Positions 51,105 through 63,789 of a stretch of DNA of 64,000 nt are shown piece after piece (positions within the stretch are counted from its first letter, which is position 1; each line of letters starts with the position of its first letter). The notes beneath the pieces are model-generated. The model searched no databases, was not told the DNA's origin, and saw only the letters and a list, made by a program, of their open reading frames with translations. The stretch is from Paraspadella gotoi (Eukaryota > Animalia > Chaetognatha), in assembly GCA_051294375.1 (NCBI GenBank), contig CM119264.1, forward strand, positions 10,887,832-10,951,831. Reading direction: 5' to 3'. Made by a program: the position numbers and the translations under genes.

Positions 51105-51933
51105 CAGTAGGCTATATTTATATATAGTACTATCCTTATAAAATAATGAAATTTCAAAATGGACTTTTCTTAATTTTGATGGTAGATTTGAATTCCTCGT
51201 CAAAAGTTAATATACTTAGAATTATAATGCCAAGTGAATATTGTTTTTTAATGCATCGAGTAAATCGTATAACTTTTTTCGGTTACATTTTTAGATCTAG
51301 AAGCCTGGTTAAAAATCGGAAAGATTTCATTCAAAAATTACCGCTGGATTTCAATTTTTTTCCTTGTGGTATACGGAATAATACACAGCCCGGCTGTAAT
51401 CGGGAATATTATCAGCGAAGAGATAAATTCTGGCGGAATATCAATATGAGATAAATCTACTTAATTAAAAATGAAATAGGAATAAATACTATATAAAAAA
51501 CAGCAAAAACAAAAAAGGCTATTCTTTAGCCGATGCAAATAACGAAAATGTTGTGGGATCGCTTAATATCTCAGATTATCGAAAAATGAAATGTCGAAAC
51601 TCTAGTGTGCGAATTTTGTTGTTACGTTTCTATGACAAACGCTGTTGTTTCTGCTACAATTATTGTTATAGTAGAATGAAAGAGAAAAAAAAAGTAGAAT
51701 GAAATACCTTGAATCTTATAGGAATCGGGTTTCATGTCAATTGAACCTTTCTGATGTTATGTTACGTCGGTTGTAATTGTCTTATTGCATACGGTGGTGC
51801 AATTATAAATACATAGCCACAGAAGATGGAAACTTCGCGGACAGGTCCATGTGACCTATAAGATTCTAGATTATGAACCGCAAATTCCGTAATTCCTGGA
51901 TTTCAATCGTTCATGAGTGTGTCGATTTAAAAA

Positions 51934-54690
51934 ATGGGGTTTCCTACTCGTTGCTCCAACAATGGTTTCAGCAACTCATTCCATCGAACTGCAGTTTATA
52001 TTCTCGTCATCCTTTTTGCTCTTTCATCTTGGATCGACATAAATGGAGTTTGGGTTGAACTTCCACTACTTGTACCAAGATTACCCGAAAAATGGGGACT
52101 TCCTTCTTACATGGCAGGTACACATTGTAACTGTTGTAAAAATATCTTTTGGAATTTTCTTTAAATTTTATAATTCTTTGATATTTACTTAGTATTGATT
52201 CAAATGGCCAACATTGGACCGCTTCTAGTCACATTGTATAATTACTATGGACATCGAAGCCAAAGAAATGGGCACTGCGATGTTTTTATTTCATATGTCA
52301 TTATTAGCGTAGGAATCATATCATGTCTTCTTCTGGCCATGTTTTGGGACAGGTACTCTTTTATATGTAGATATAGAAATATTTTTTTGTGCGTGAAATG
52401 TATTTTTAAAGCTGTGCTAATGCTATCCTTTCTGGTGGAATTTTGGTTAACTTTTTATTGCAGGACAAGTCAAGTTTTCGGCAAGGAGCACAGCACTGCT
52501 TTGTTGTCCCTATGTTTTTTCTTGGCTTTCGTTGACTGCACATCCTCGGTTGTGTTCCTTCCGTTTATGGCTCAATTTCGCCCAGAATTTATGACGGCGT
52601 TCTTCATTGGCGAAGGATTTTCGGGTAAGACAGTATACTATCGCCGTAGCCTCTTCCCAGTAGTAATTATTTTAATTGTTTTAAAGGTTTGGTTCCATCA
52701 ATTGCCGCATTAATCCAAGGAGTGGGAGGAAATCCAGATTGCGTTTGGAAAAACTCCACTTCTACCAACTCTACGACAAACACCACCGTAGTGACTCCGT
52801 ATTTAGTTCCTGAATATTCGGGTTGGTTTCCAATAGGATTTTGCGCCCATCTGTCGAAAAATATTTTAAAAATGTTTTTAATTTAATTTTAATTACAGTC
52901 CTGTGCAAAAAAAAGAGAATACCCAAAAACATTATTTCCCATTCATAATTTTTTTTAAAAAATATAAATACAATGCCCATAAATTAAGGTAAAAATATAT
53001 TTTTGGACAAAAAAGGACAAATGTTTTTGACCCTTTGTTTTTCGGGAGATATAGCTCTTGAATACTTAGATTAATTTTTTTTAACTTATAAATATGGATT
53101 TCTCATTTTAAAATTGATATTTATCATTCATGATTTTTTTTTTAAAATATGCGTGAAATGAGCGCAACTTAAGTTTAAAGAGTGTCCTCTTTCTTTTTTG
53201 CACAGGATTGTATAATTTTCATCAGATGAAACTCGTCCGTTTCTCAGAAATACTGAATGAATAATTTTAAAAATATAAATTTTTTATGTATCATTTTGAC
53301 TCATTAGTTAATGTCTCCTCACCTCCAGTAAAACAATAATTTATGTATTGTAACATCATTTTCAGCTCCTCTCTTCGAAGTTGAGGATTTCTTTTTCATC
53401 CTCATGGGATTAATGTCGCTCAGTTTCGTTTCCCTTGTCCTGCTCAACCATTGGGGAGTGGCCTTACGCGAGCGCGTGCTCCAAGGGGGAGTCGCGGTGA
53501 CGCCGACTGTTCAAAACGCAAGCGGGACGTTGACACGGAACCGACGACATTCGCGGAGGCAAAGAGTAGACGAGAATGACTCCGTGTCGGACCTTTCCTA
53601 TCAGATGTCAAGATCAAGTTCCGTCGCTTACGAAGAGCCTATTTGGCAAGCAACAAACAATCAAAGCACGCCCAATATGACAGTAGTCCCAACAGGTAAT
53701 TTTGACCAAATATTGTGTGTAATAGTAGTAATGTTTAGTATATACGTCCTTTTATAACTAATTTACTTAAATAACTGTCTCAGTATCCCTTGAATGCCTA
53801 TAGGAAATTCTAGCGCTGGAATGAGTACTCAGAATTCTCAAGTCGATTTGGTCACTGTTCTAAATCCCTGCGAAGGAAATGCGCAATCAATTACCATTCC
53901 ATCCAACCAACAAGTAAATCGCTTGTAAATATAAATTTAGTTAATTAGGAGGTAAAATTATATAAAAAAATATTGTTCAACACTAGCACCTCACTCTTCC
54001 GCATACACCACTTATTACCGATGGCCGTATATCAACCCCTGAGAAGGAGGTGATGCCGATGTTGCTCAAGTCCCATGTGCTTACAAACTGTGACTTCAGC
54101 CTGCTCCTATTCGCGCAGGCCTTTATTTGCGCATTGTGCAACGGGGTTCTTCCTTCCATTCAATCTTATGCTTCTCTACCGTATGGTCAGTAGTACTCTT
54201 GTTATTCTGATTTGTTTTTATTAAATTCTTATTGACACAATCCGTCCACTTTTGTCATGAAATAGTAATCTAACCGAATTTAGGGAACGAAGCGTACCAT
54301 TTATCGGTGACGCTATCCTCGCTCGCCAACCCGCTCGCTTGTTTCTTGGCGCTTTGGCTTCCGACCCGATCCCGACGGGTTATCCTCGTCCTGACGTTCC
54401 TTGGCTCCGTCCTCTCTGGCTTCGTTGTCTTCCTGGCCGCTTCGAGTCCTCATCCACCGTTAAAAGGCGTCGCCCTTGGAATTTTTTTCATCGTCGCGGC
54501 ACAAGTCGCCATTCAAGCTTTCTTTTCCTACTCAAAAGTCGCCATAGCCACACTTTTAAGGGAAGAAGGAAGAAGGGCTTTGGTATGGTGCGGGGCAGTG
54601 ACGCAGGCTGGATCTTCTGTGGGGGCTTTGATTATGTTTCCACTAGTCAACATTTATTATCTTTTCAAATCAAACGAGCCGTGTATTTGA
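51934..54690 (+). CDS. SLC52A: Riboflavin transporter (SLC52 family), 8 exons
   Basis: [95 protein letters not shown]. Confidence 0.95.
52896..53210. mobile_element. Tc1/mariner-type MITE in an SLC52 intron
   Basis: TA|cagtcctgtgcaaaaaa ... ttttttgcacaggattg|TA. Confidence 0.85.
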
Positions 54691-55873
54691 CATAGGAAAA
54701 TCCCATCCGAGATGTCAAACTCTAGTTTATTTAACTTAAAATATGTTATTGTAATGTGATTTTATTAATTTTTATTGTCTTAGAAATAACTGATATTGTA
54801 TTATAAATTTTATTTATTTTTCCAGTTTTGTTAATATCGTGGTCTTTTTGAAAAATTTTAGTTAGAAGCGTTCAAAGTTATATAATTGTGGCTGAACTAT
54901 TGGTAATTTAAAAAATTAGATGCCTAATTTACTAGTCAAATTTGTATAAAATATCAGATTTTTAAATGGACGTAATTTTTTTTTATCCATCATTATTGTC
55001 GTAATTAGAATTATTTCTTTTCAGGTATTGGGCTAAAAAAATTGGATAAAAAATTGGACTAGAAAAAGTGAAAGAAAATATTAACGATCGATGAATACAT
55101 GGTAGAACTGAGAATATTTTAACAAATCATCATTCCATTCTAAATGTTAATATAAGTAAGTAGTAATCGTATAGTCCATGGAGAAATACGGATCGTTTTC
55201 AAGCTTACAGTGGCTAATAATCAATCTTGAAATAAACTATAAAAGAATAAAGGCTCTTAGAAATTAAGTAAAAATTCCATGAATGACATTGTAATTTTTT
55301 TTTCGTGCTTAAAATATAAGTTAATTCATAGGACGTAACAGCATTCGCGTTACGTTAGAACTAGAAAGTAACAAAGGACCATCTTTGAATGGCATTTAAG
55401 TAATCCCCTCTGGCGAGTCTAGATAACAACTTGTATTATTTGCGTAGTATCTCACAGTTGCACTTGTACCGAGCAAAACAGTGCGTATGACGAATTGGCC
55501 GAAGGTCATAGTTAATTTGATATTTATATTCAGCAAAAAAGTAAACGTCGCTATAATAATTCCATGACATTACATTAAGGCAAAAAATCAATTAAGAAAT
55601 GTTATCAATGGTACTATTTTTAAACTTGTCTATAAACTGTCTATAATCTGTACCAACTCGAACGTTCGTCTTAAACGCCTTTATTACGCAATTTATATAT
55701 AACGTTCTGAATTTAAAATCGATGTACGATGTATACGATAAGTTTATTTCTTATCACGTTACGCTGTAATTTTAGGGAAAAAATACTATATTTTAACTCT
55801 TTTGTATGATCAGTTGAAAGCTTTTGTTTTTACTCTTTATTTTCACAGTTAATCTAGTTGCATCAGAATACTC

Positions 55874-56875
55874 ATGGAATTTGAAGGCCAAGTTCATGCC
55901 CCGACAAAAAAAACGATCAAAGATGTCGACATCGATAAACCTCGTCAACGCGGAAAGAATCCTCCGTCTGAATCTGTCGCACCGCCTTCACAAGAAAGCA
56001 AAAGCGCCAAGACTCAGTTGAGTCTATTCTATCCCAACTGGGGCGTCGTTCATCACGAGGCCCTGCCTTCTTGGCTCCAGGATAACGACTATCTTCTAGC
56101 CAGTCACAGGCCACCGTTGCGTTCCTGCATAGCCTGCTTCCTCTCCATTTTTCGCCTCCACACTGAAACTGTCAATATCTGGACGCACCTTTTGGGCGCC
56201 CTTCTTTTTGTGGGCTTCGCCGTCGCCTTCTTCCTTGGCTCTTCCCGCTCATTAGACGTCGCGGAGAAGTTCATTTTCTTTCTCTTCTTTTTGGCGACCA
56301 TCCTGTGCATGAGTCTCTCCTGGCTTTTCCACACCCTAAGTTGCCATTCTTCTTCCGTTTCCTCGCTCTTCGTCAAACTAGACTACCTCGGGATCGCCAT
56401 TCTCATCGTTGGCAGCTTTGTACCCTGGCTCTATTACGGTTTTTACTGCAGCTTTCTCGCCAAGACCGTATACGTCGCGGCCATCGTTGTCCAAGGCGTC
56501 GCCGTTGCTGCCGTTTCGTCGTGGGATATTTTTTCCGTCGCTAGGTTCCGACCACTTAGGGCGGCTTTGTTCCTCAGCATGGGCCTGAGCGGAATCGTTC
56601 CGGCCACCCACTATTTAATCTTGGAAGGTTTTCTCACTGGTCTGACGGTTGGTTGCATGGGTTGGCTTTTGCTCATGGCCGCCATCTTTATTTTCGGAAC
56701 GTTGCTCTACGCGCTCAGAATCCCTGAAAGGTATTTTCCAGGGAAATGCGACATTTTGTTTCAAAGTCACCAGATTTTTCATGTGTGTGTCGTTGTCGGT
56801 TGTTACGTTCAGTATCACGGAATTTTTAAATTGTCAGAGTATATGCATCAGCGAGACTCATGCATTATGTCATAG
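55874..56875 (+). CDS. ADIPOR: Adiponectin receptor-like PAQR protein, 333 aa, single coding exon
   Basis: LPSWLQDNDYL..SHRPP, SIFRLHTETVNIWTHL, FHTLSCHS, KLDYLGI, RIPERYFPGKCDILFQSHQIFH. Confidence 0.96.
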   Translation: MEFEGQVHAPTKKTIKDVDIDKPRQRGKNPPSESVAPPSQESKSAKTQLSLFYPNWGVVHHEALPSWLQDNDYLLASHRPPLRSCIACFLSIFRLHTETVNIWTHLLGALLFVGFAVAFFLGSSRSLDVAEKFIFFLFFLATILCMSLSWLFHTLSCHSSSVSSLFVKLDYLGIAILIVGSFVPWLYYGFYCSFLAKTVYVAAIVVQGVAVAAVSSWDIFSVARFRPLRAALFLSMGLSGIVPATHYLILEGFLTGLTVGCMGWLLLMAAIFIFGTLLYALRIPERYFPGKCDILFQSHQIFHVCVVVGCYVQYHGIFKLSEYMHQRDSCIMS

Positions 56876-57298
56876 CGACGTGTGTCTGGGTAATGACAAA
56901 TGATTAATGTTCTTTTTCTTCTCAATAATTTATACCTTGTTTTTCTTGGGAAGAGAACATAAATTCATTTAAAAATGGATTGTATGTACCATATTATTTA
57001 ATGACGATTTAAATGGATTTGGTATCAGTGAATGGATTTTATGAAAACCCAGAACAGATTGTCGTATATTATTTAGCTAGTTGTTTTTTCTACTTTCAAA
57101 CTTGTTTATATTTAAGACAAGCTTTTTGTATTTTTCATTGGTGCTATCCATTAATCGATTAATAATGATAATGCAATTTTTTCGTGCTTATTTATTTACT
57201 GCGTTTGAAGTTGCATATCTTACTAATGCCTGGTCTTGTTTTTTGCTCAATTTTTTGTTGGTATTTCTTGTTACCAGAGTTTTAAAGTTGATTTCATT

Positions 57299-59453
57299 AT
57301 GCCATTATTCGGAAAGAAAAAAGACGAAAAAAAAGAAAGTCCCTCTAAGGGATATCCACAGCAGCCTACAGCTTCTTCACAGCCTGTAGGCTACCCAGAT
57401 CAGCCTCCTCCTTATAGCGTTCATCCCCAGCCTTCAGGCGCTTATGGCGGCCAACCTTATCCTCAAGCAGGAGCTTACCCTCAGTATCCTCAGCAACCAG
57501 TCGGATATCCTCAACAGCCGGTCGGATATCCTCAACAAGCGGTGGGATATCCTCAACAGCCGGTCGGCTATCCTCAACAGCCGGTCGGATATCCTCAACA
57601 GCCGGTCGGATATCCTCAGCAACCCTTGGGAGAAGGTTGTATAAAATTCAAACTAGTACAACCAATATAAAATTTTATTAAATAAGCTATCTTGCCCCTG
57701 ACTTTTGACGGGCTATGATGGTTTAAGGCCTCCATCGCTCTTACAAGCTTAGCTTAGCCTAGCAGTTCTCTGCAAGCTTTCAATCAAGACTCTCTCACAG
57801 TCTCGTTTAATCACTTCCAGAGTACCTGTCTTCCTTGTAAATGATGTGGTATAATATTTCAATGTTTTAATTGCATAAAAGGTTTATTTGTTATTAAGTA
57901 TTTGATTGGGGAATACTATATTGTATTAAAAGGAGCTGGTTTTTATGCAATTGGTGAAACCAATATAAAATTATCTATTCATTTAATAAATTAGTAACAA
58001 AAGATTTTTAAAGATTTTTCCCCCATAAAAAAATATTTTTGCACATAATTTTTCATATCTAATTGGCGAAGCGCGACTGATTTTTTTGCCCTTTAAGGAA
58101 TTATATTTTAACAAGTTTGAGCATACAAGACCGGATCTGCTCACGATAATTTAGTGGTATGCAGAATTCACGATAGTCAAAATTTTTTTTAATAATTCAC
58201 AATAATTTAGTAAAAATCAAATTGACTGATTAATGATTGATTAGCATTATTTTTTTATTGATTTTTTATCTCGCCAGATATTATTACTATTACATTATTA
58301 TTACATCAATCAATCAATCAATTACTATTACATCAATAATTCATTATGATTATATATGATTATATATGATTATGATTCCAAATTTTTTCATTAATTTTCT
58401 TTGATAGAAACGTCTGGCAAGATCTCTATACTTTAAAGATTTTATAAAATTTTTTATGTTAAATAAGTAATTTATCTTTCACACATTTATTCATTCAATT
58501 TTTTCAATTAAATTAAATCAATTAAATTCGTTCAATTTAATTAATTCAGTTCTTATATTTAAATTTTTCTCTCAATGCAATTTAGCGCTTTTTCCACAAT
58601 TTCAATTCATTTCATTCAATTAATTTTATTTTATTTATTCATTTAATTTTTACTTATCCATTTATTTATATTTATATATTTATTTATTTTTTATATATTA
58701 AGCCACGTTTGTTATGTATAAAACTTAGTTTTCCTTTATCAAATATGATTTTATGTTTGAGTGTCAAATTGTGACGATCCTTATACTTTAGGATTTTTTT
58801 TCATTTAATTTTAAACTAATTTCCACTAATTTGATGGCTTAAAAACTTTTTTTTAGATCAAACATGCGCTTTTTTACTTGTGTGGTTTTACTAACAAAAA
58901 TTCATTCAAATTAATCCTTACAATTATGCGAAATTCAAATTGGATATTTAAAGCTAAGGGGGTTGGACGGACGCACATAATTTTTTTAGCATAATTCTTT
59001 ATAATTAGATGTTCTGAGATAATCTTTAGAAGTGATTTACCGATAAGCTTTTGGGGGCGGTTGGACAAAAAAAAATATTATAGAGCCGGAATCAGCGGAT
59101 AAGCATATCCGGCTTATAATTGTCTAAGGTTGAGGAAACTAAAAATCGTTATCTTTTTACAGTCGGCGGTCAAGTAGTTACTCACGGCATGTTTGATTCG
59201 GGCGCACGATTCGGCGCCGGTTCCACTCCGAATGTTCCCCCTCCGCCTCCAGGTACGACTTTTTACTTCAGTTAAACAGTTATTTTGGACATATAGTAAA
59301 TGATTGTAAATGTAAATAATTCGTCTACTCTGTCAAGGATCGATACCAAACATGGCGCAAGTTGCCAATGCCCAAGGACAAACCGTCGTTGTTAGCCAAG
59401 AGAAAGCTTCGTGGCTGACAGGAGGTTCCGGCGGTGGCGTCACTTTTTGGTGA
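57299..59453 (+). CDS. DAZAP2: DAZ-associated protein 2-like (exons 57299-57635, 59163-59252, 59338-59453)
   Basis: PPPYS motif, [18 protein letters not shown], and a C-terminal [10 protein letters not shown] matching the DAZAP2 tail. Confidence 0.88.
57484..57624 (+). repeat. Coding minisatellite with a 21-bp unit encoding YPQQPVG, about 6-7 copies
   Basis: Repeated ggatatcctcaacagccggtc. Confidence 0.92.
57655..57990 (-). repeat. Second copy of the terminally redundant ~325-bp repeat
   Basis: Reverse complement of 42100-42470; 'accaatataaaatt' at both ends. Confidence 0.82.
58115..59120 (-). mobile_element. Helentron-associated (HINE/DINE-1-like) element in DAZAP2 intron 1
   Basis: Minus-strand 5' hairpin agccggatatgc-ttatcc-gctgattccggct, then gtccgtcc, and a 3' subterminal repeat gcagatccggt followed by aacttgtt; homologous to 30583. 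Confidence 0.6.
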
Positions 59454-62362
59454 AAATTTCCCTTTTTTTAACCTATAGGCGTCTTATGAAACTGGTTCTG
59501 AAAATCCCGTAACTGGTAGACCTTTTTTGGATTAAATGTTAGCTCAAGTAATTCCAAGTAATTTTAGCTTCAGAATGTCACAAGTATTTAGAACGCCTTA
59601 ATCACCTTTGGACCTAGTCATCTTCGGAAAATGTCGCTTATTAAGCTTTTATAAAGACATTTTAAAAATATTTTTCAGCATTTTTAATATTTTTTTTATA
59701 TAAACTCGGACTTTCCATATTGATTTTTATCGTAATTTACTACTGTATTTGTCGACTGAATTTGGATTTTACTATCTTATAAGGCATTGGTGTTTTGTAA
59801 CTTTCAATTTACTGTCATCTATAATTTAAACAAAAATTATATTAAACTTGAACGGTATTTTTCATCAAAGAGGGCACTTCTTATATGATTGCGCGCCGCC
59901 TTGTCATGTATACTCGATCAAAGCAGGTGGCTTAAGTTAGGAACTATTGTTGATAGATATAGCTTGTTTAGGTGGGAACGAAATCATAATCTTCTTCGAC
60001 GCAGGGCTGACATAAATTGTCGAGCCTTCCTAACGCAAGGTCCCGGATAGTCATCTCGATTTGACCTCCGCGAGAATTGACGTTGTCTCTTGGACCGTGC
60101 ATCATGTAAATCTAGAAAAGGAGAGGTTCTCGCGGTATATATTCAGTTATTCACACTGCCTTACCTCCCAACTCCATTCAGCCCACTTGAAGCAACAGCC
60201 GGTTTGGCTGTGATGCCATGCTGGGAGGGGCATCTCACCAGTCATCCGACCCTCAGTGGCGCTGCCTGCCTCTGGCGCGGTTACCCTAGCTCGGTCTCGC
60301 TTTGCCAACACAAAGGGAAGTAATTAAAACTGTTGGTATGGTACGTTCCCCCTCTGAGCCATTGTCATCGTGATTGGCTCAATGAAGTAGGTGTGGCGGT
60401 GTTATTATTCCGCCAGACGGTTCCAAGCCCATAAATTGAAACTTTCTAATTTATAATCCTATTGATGGACGTGTAGAGGGATAGAGACCATCTACAAAGC
60501 CTAGTGGCCGGGTTCTTAGGAAGGCCCGGGAAAAGCTCATGGGGCTGAAAAACTTTATATAAACAAAAGAATAATAGCTTTTAATTTTGTAAAATATTTT
60601 TTTTGTGTCAGTACTATCAGTAGGAAATCTTATAATACATATGATCAATGATCATGTGTAATTTGTGGAGGGGCCCGCCATTTCTCGCCAGTCTATATAG
60701 TAAAGGATGCGAATTGATTTTCAATGACTCACTGATTATATATGATCGTTATATTGACTGGACCTTTACCTACATTTAATTGCCCTAAGGCCTAACCTTC
60801 TTCAGCAAACGTCCACACTTGTCGATTAGGTAAAATTCGCCGCGACGACCTCCTAATTTTTCGAAAATGCGAACATTTCCGAGCCGAGGTCAGGTCCTGT
60901 TGTGGAATTGCTACATGAAAATAGAGCTAGGGATTAAAATTATTTTTTTAACCTTTACTTACGTGTCTTGGATAATATAGTAATTTCGCGCTTTTTCTTG
61001 TAAAATCACGTGGAAATTTCTATTGTTAATTTGATTTACACCGTAGTATACAATATCTGCCACAGTGATGTTGAAGTCAGTTTCAAGCCGATACTTATGG
61101 GGAAAAAAGTTCAGTGGCATGATACGTTAACGTTTTGCTACCGAGCCCCGAAACAGTTTTTATCTAACAAACCATTGGATATATATTTTATAATTTTGTC
61201 GTGGTCGAACTATAAAATAATTTTTTTTTTTTTTTTCATCGATAGTGTGTGAAAATAGAAAAGGGCAGATGATATCAAACCTTTAAATCGGCCAACTTTT
61301 CTGCTCTCCTTTGACAGAAAAGACAACCTCCATTGAAAAGGGCCAAGATGACATAAGCTCCTATATAAAACAGAGTTATACAGTTTTCACCTTTATCGAT
61401 GCCTTTCAAATATACACACCATAGCCCAGGTGTTTAAAAAAGGGGCGAGATAACTTAAATTAAATTATTATTATTATAATTAACTTATTTTAAATTTAAT
61501 GCTTGTGCGGAGTACAAGTCAATAGACTAAGGAGTGGATCCATTTATATAATTGAAACGGTTAATATAACATATAACTTCTTTGATAGGGAACCCAGGTA
61601 CTCCGGGAGTTATATTTATATATTTTATTGTACCAATTTCATACCTTGATTATCCCAAATTGGAAAATCCCTTCCCCGGTTTATGCTAAAGGGCGGAATG
61701 TGGTCGCAGACATTCAAACTTGTGACGCCAGTTAGCCAAAAAGTCACGAAAAGAGCAAAACTCCCGCAAATAAGTCCCATTTTTGCCGAGTCAGCTCAAT
61801 TTTGGGATTGAAAGAGTTGTTTTTGCTTTCCTTCCTCACGATGAATGATGAGATGAGGGTAAACGTGAAAAACGAAACTTGAGTCAGTGAGTGGTTAAGG
61901 CTCGGAGACCGAATTCGCTTCAATTCAAGGCAGTTTGGTTTTTTTCTCTTTGACTGGTAATATTCAGTAATACTGTCATTGACAATTAGTCTGTTTCTAA
62001 ATTACTCCCCAAAATTCAGCTTAACTTGATAACTTAGTTATAAATGAAATTACCCTAAAAAGAGTTTTTTTTCTGACAATGTTAAAATTTATTGTGCCTG
62101 TGTTAGGAGTAAGGCAGACGAGTAAATTAGGCTTCATTGCATTGCCAATCAACCAGGGCTAAAAATTTAAAAACGCAAACTATTTACAACCATTTTCAAT
62201 TTATTAAATAATTAAAATAACGTAATAAAACTAACTTTGAACACCATAATTTGTTAACTATTCATCAATATTAAGGCCGATATTGAAGTCTACAATAATA
62301 ATTAAATTTAAATCCAAGTAAAGTAGAACACAAGTTCTAACGCAAAATTAAAAATTTATCCA

Positions 62363-62953
62363 TCAAAGCTCATCGTGCTCCTGGAGGACGTTAACGACGA
62401 AACGCTCCAGCAACCAATCGTCGACCGTTGCTCCCTCTTCGACGGCTCTAGGCAACAATGCCGGACAGTTTCTCTCGCAAAACGGGATGAACGACTGCGG
62501 ACCAAGCGAAAATATTATTATTATTATTATCAGCTCTCTATGACGTGGAACAAGGAAAAGTGAAAATACAATGCGAAACAGCGATCCCACTTTATTTCTT
62601 TTTTATACCCTGACTGGTTTTCCGTCTACAACATCGTCGGAGTCCAGCAGACCGCAGATGTCTTCGCAAACGATTTTATCAGACGGAGACTTTTCCACCA
62701 CGGCACGAATTTCCGCTATCAATTCCTTTGATTAGTTGGAAACAATAACGAAAATCGCAGTAAAATATTCCCGGTATACTTTAAATTTTGTTTACTTTAA
62801 ATTTTTTTCGGTTTTTTTCCTTGGCAGTGACGATTCCGAGGAAGAAGGTAGAAAGTAAAAGCACCAAAAACATAACCTTGATAAACAAAGCAAACAAGAA
62901 TGTCAATCGAGGCTGGAGACCCGAAATCGATTGCTAATTCATCTCACCTTCAT
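62363..62953 (-). CDS. Small ER-lumenal protein, 111 aa, with signal peptide, two CxxxC motifs and C-terminal HDEL (exons 62953-62948, 62876-62796, 62725-62609, 62494-62363)
   Basis: Three phase-0 GT-AG introns give MKVMFLVLLLSTFFLGIVTA-KEKN...CEDIC...CERNC...QEHDEL*. Confidence 0.82.
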
Positions 62954-63758
62954 TTTTCTTTCCAGAGAAAAAGTCTGCGGCAAAACTTAAGTATCCCACG
63001 AAATTTGGCTAGAAGTAATGGGTAAAACCCCCAAAGTAAGCTGATGTTATTCTTATCTCCTGTTAATTGACTGATGAACGTTTAGAAGATGACTATAAAA
63101 GAAGAAGCCAATGGTAGTTTTCGTATATTCTCAGATCGGAAGATGTGGAATAACGTCAATAATGTAAATCCTAAGTATAATTTTAATTGACATTCTCGTC
63201 TAGTACGTTTTATAATAGTTTAGCTTTAACGCGGCAGTATAAAGTTCGTAATTAAAGCTTATGATATCCAGTTTATCCACCATGTGACTTTTGTTTTCTT
63301 TGAATTGTTTGATTAGCTTTCTTGTAAAAAAGCTTTCTGATAAAATGACATGACTCCCTTTTTTCTATTTGATTACCAAAAACGACAACTTTTATAGTTT
63401 TGTTTTCGTGAAAAACATGACGAGAACAACTCCGACTCGTGGTCCGGCCCCTTTACATCCACTTACATCCTACAAGCGTCCGACCCCTCTTTTATTCACC
63501 CTTGATTTTGGGGGTTTCTCTGCCGAAAAAAAGCGGCGGTTAATCGAAGCTCACGAGATTAGGACTCGGGCTAATAAGTTTTCAATGGGCTTAGGGAAAT
63601 TCAAGCGATGGTTCTATGATAAGGTGATTAAAGCAGACTGAGTGTAGTAGAGGGGGGGGGAGAGGGAGAAGGCTCTGGTTTTCTTTTCTCTCCTTCGGTG
63701 ACAGAAGGAGGCTGAGCCGAAGAACAAACACAAATGTTTTGGAGGAAGCGGATTTAAA

Positions 63759-63764
<6 letters not shown>

Positions 63765-63789
<25 letters not shown>
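63765..63789. repeat. (GA)n microsatellite
   Basis: Pure GA run. Confidence 0.9.

Noticed and set aside
59850-60430. GC-richer intergenic segment as a gene or retroelement fragment
   Set aside because: No recognisable protein motif, consistent exon chain or repeat partner in the window
45685-63080. Other CTGATGA matches (45685, 53220 minus, 63071) as hammerheads
   Set aside because: No stem II followed by GAAA-N4-UH
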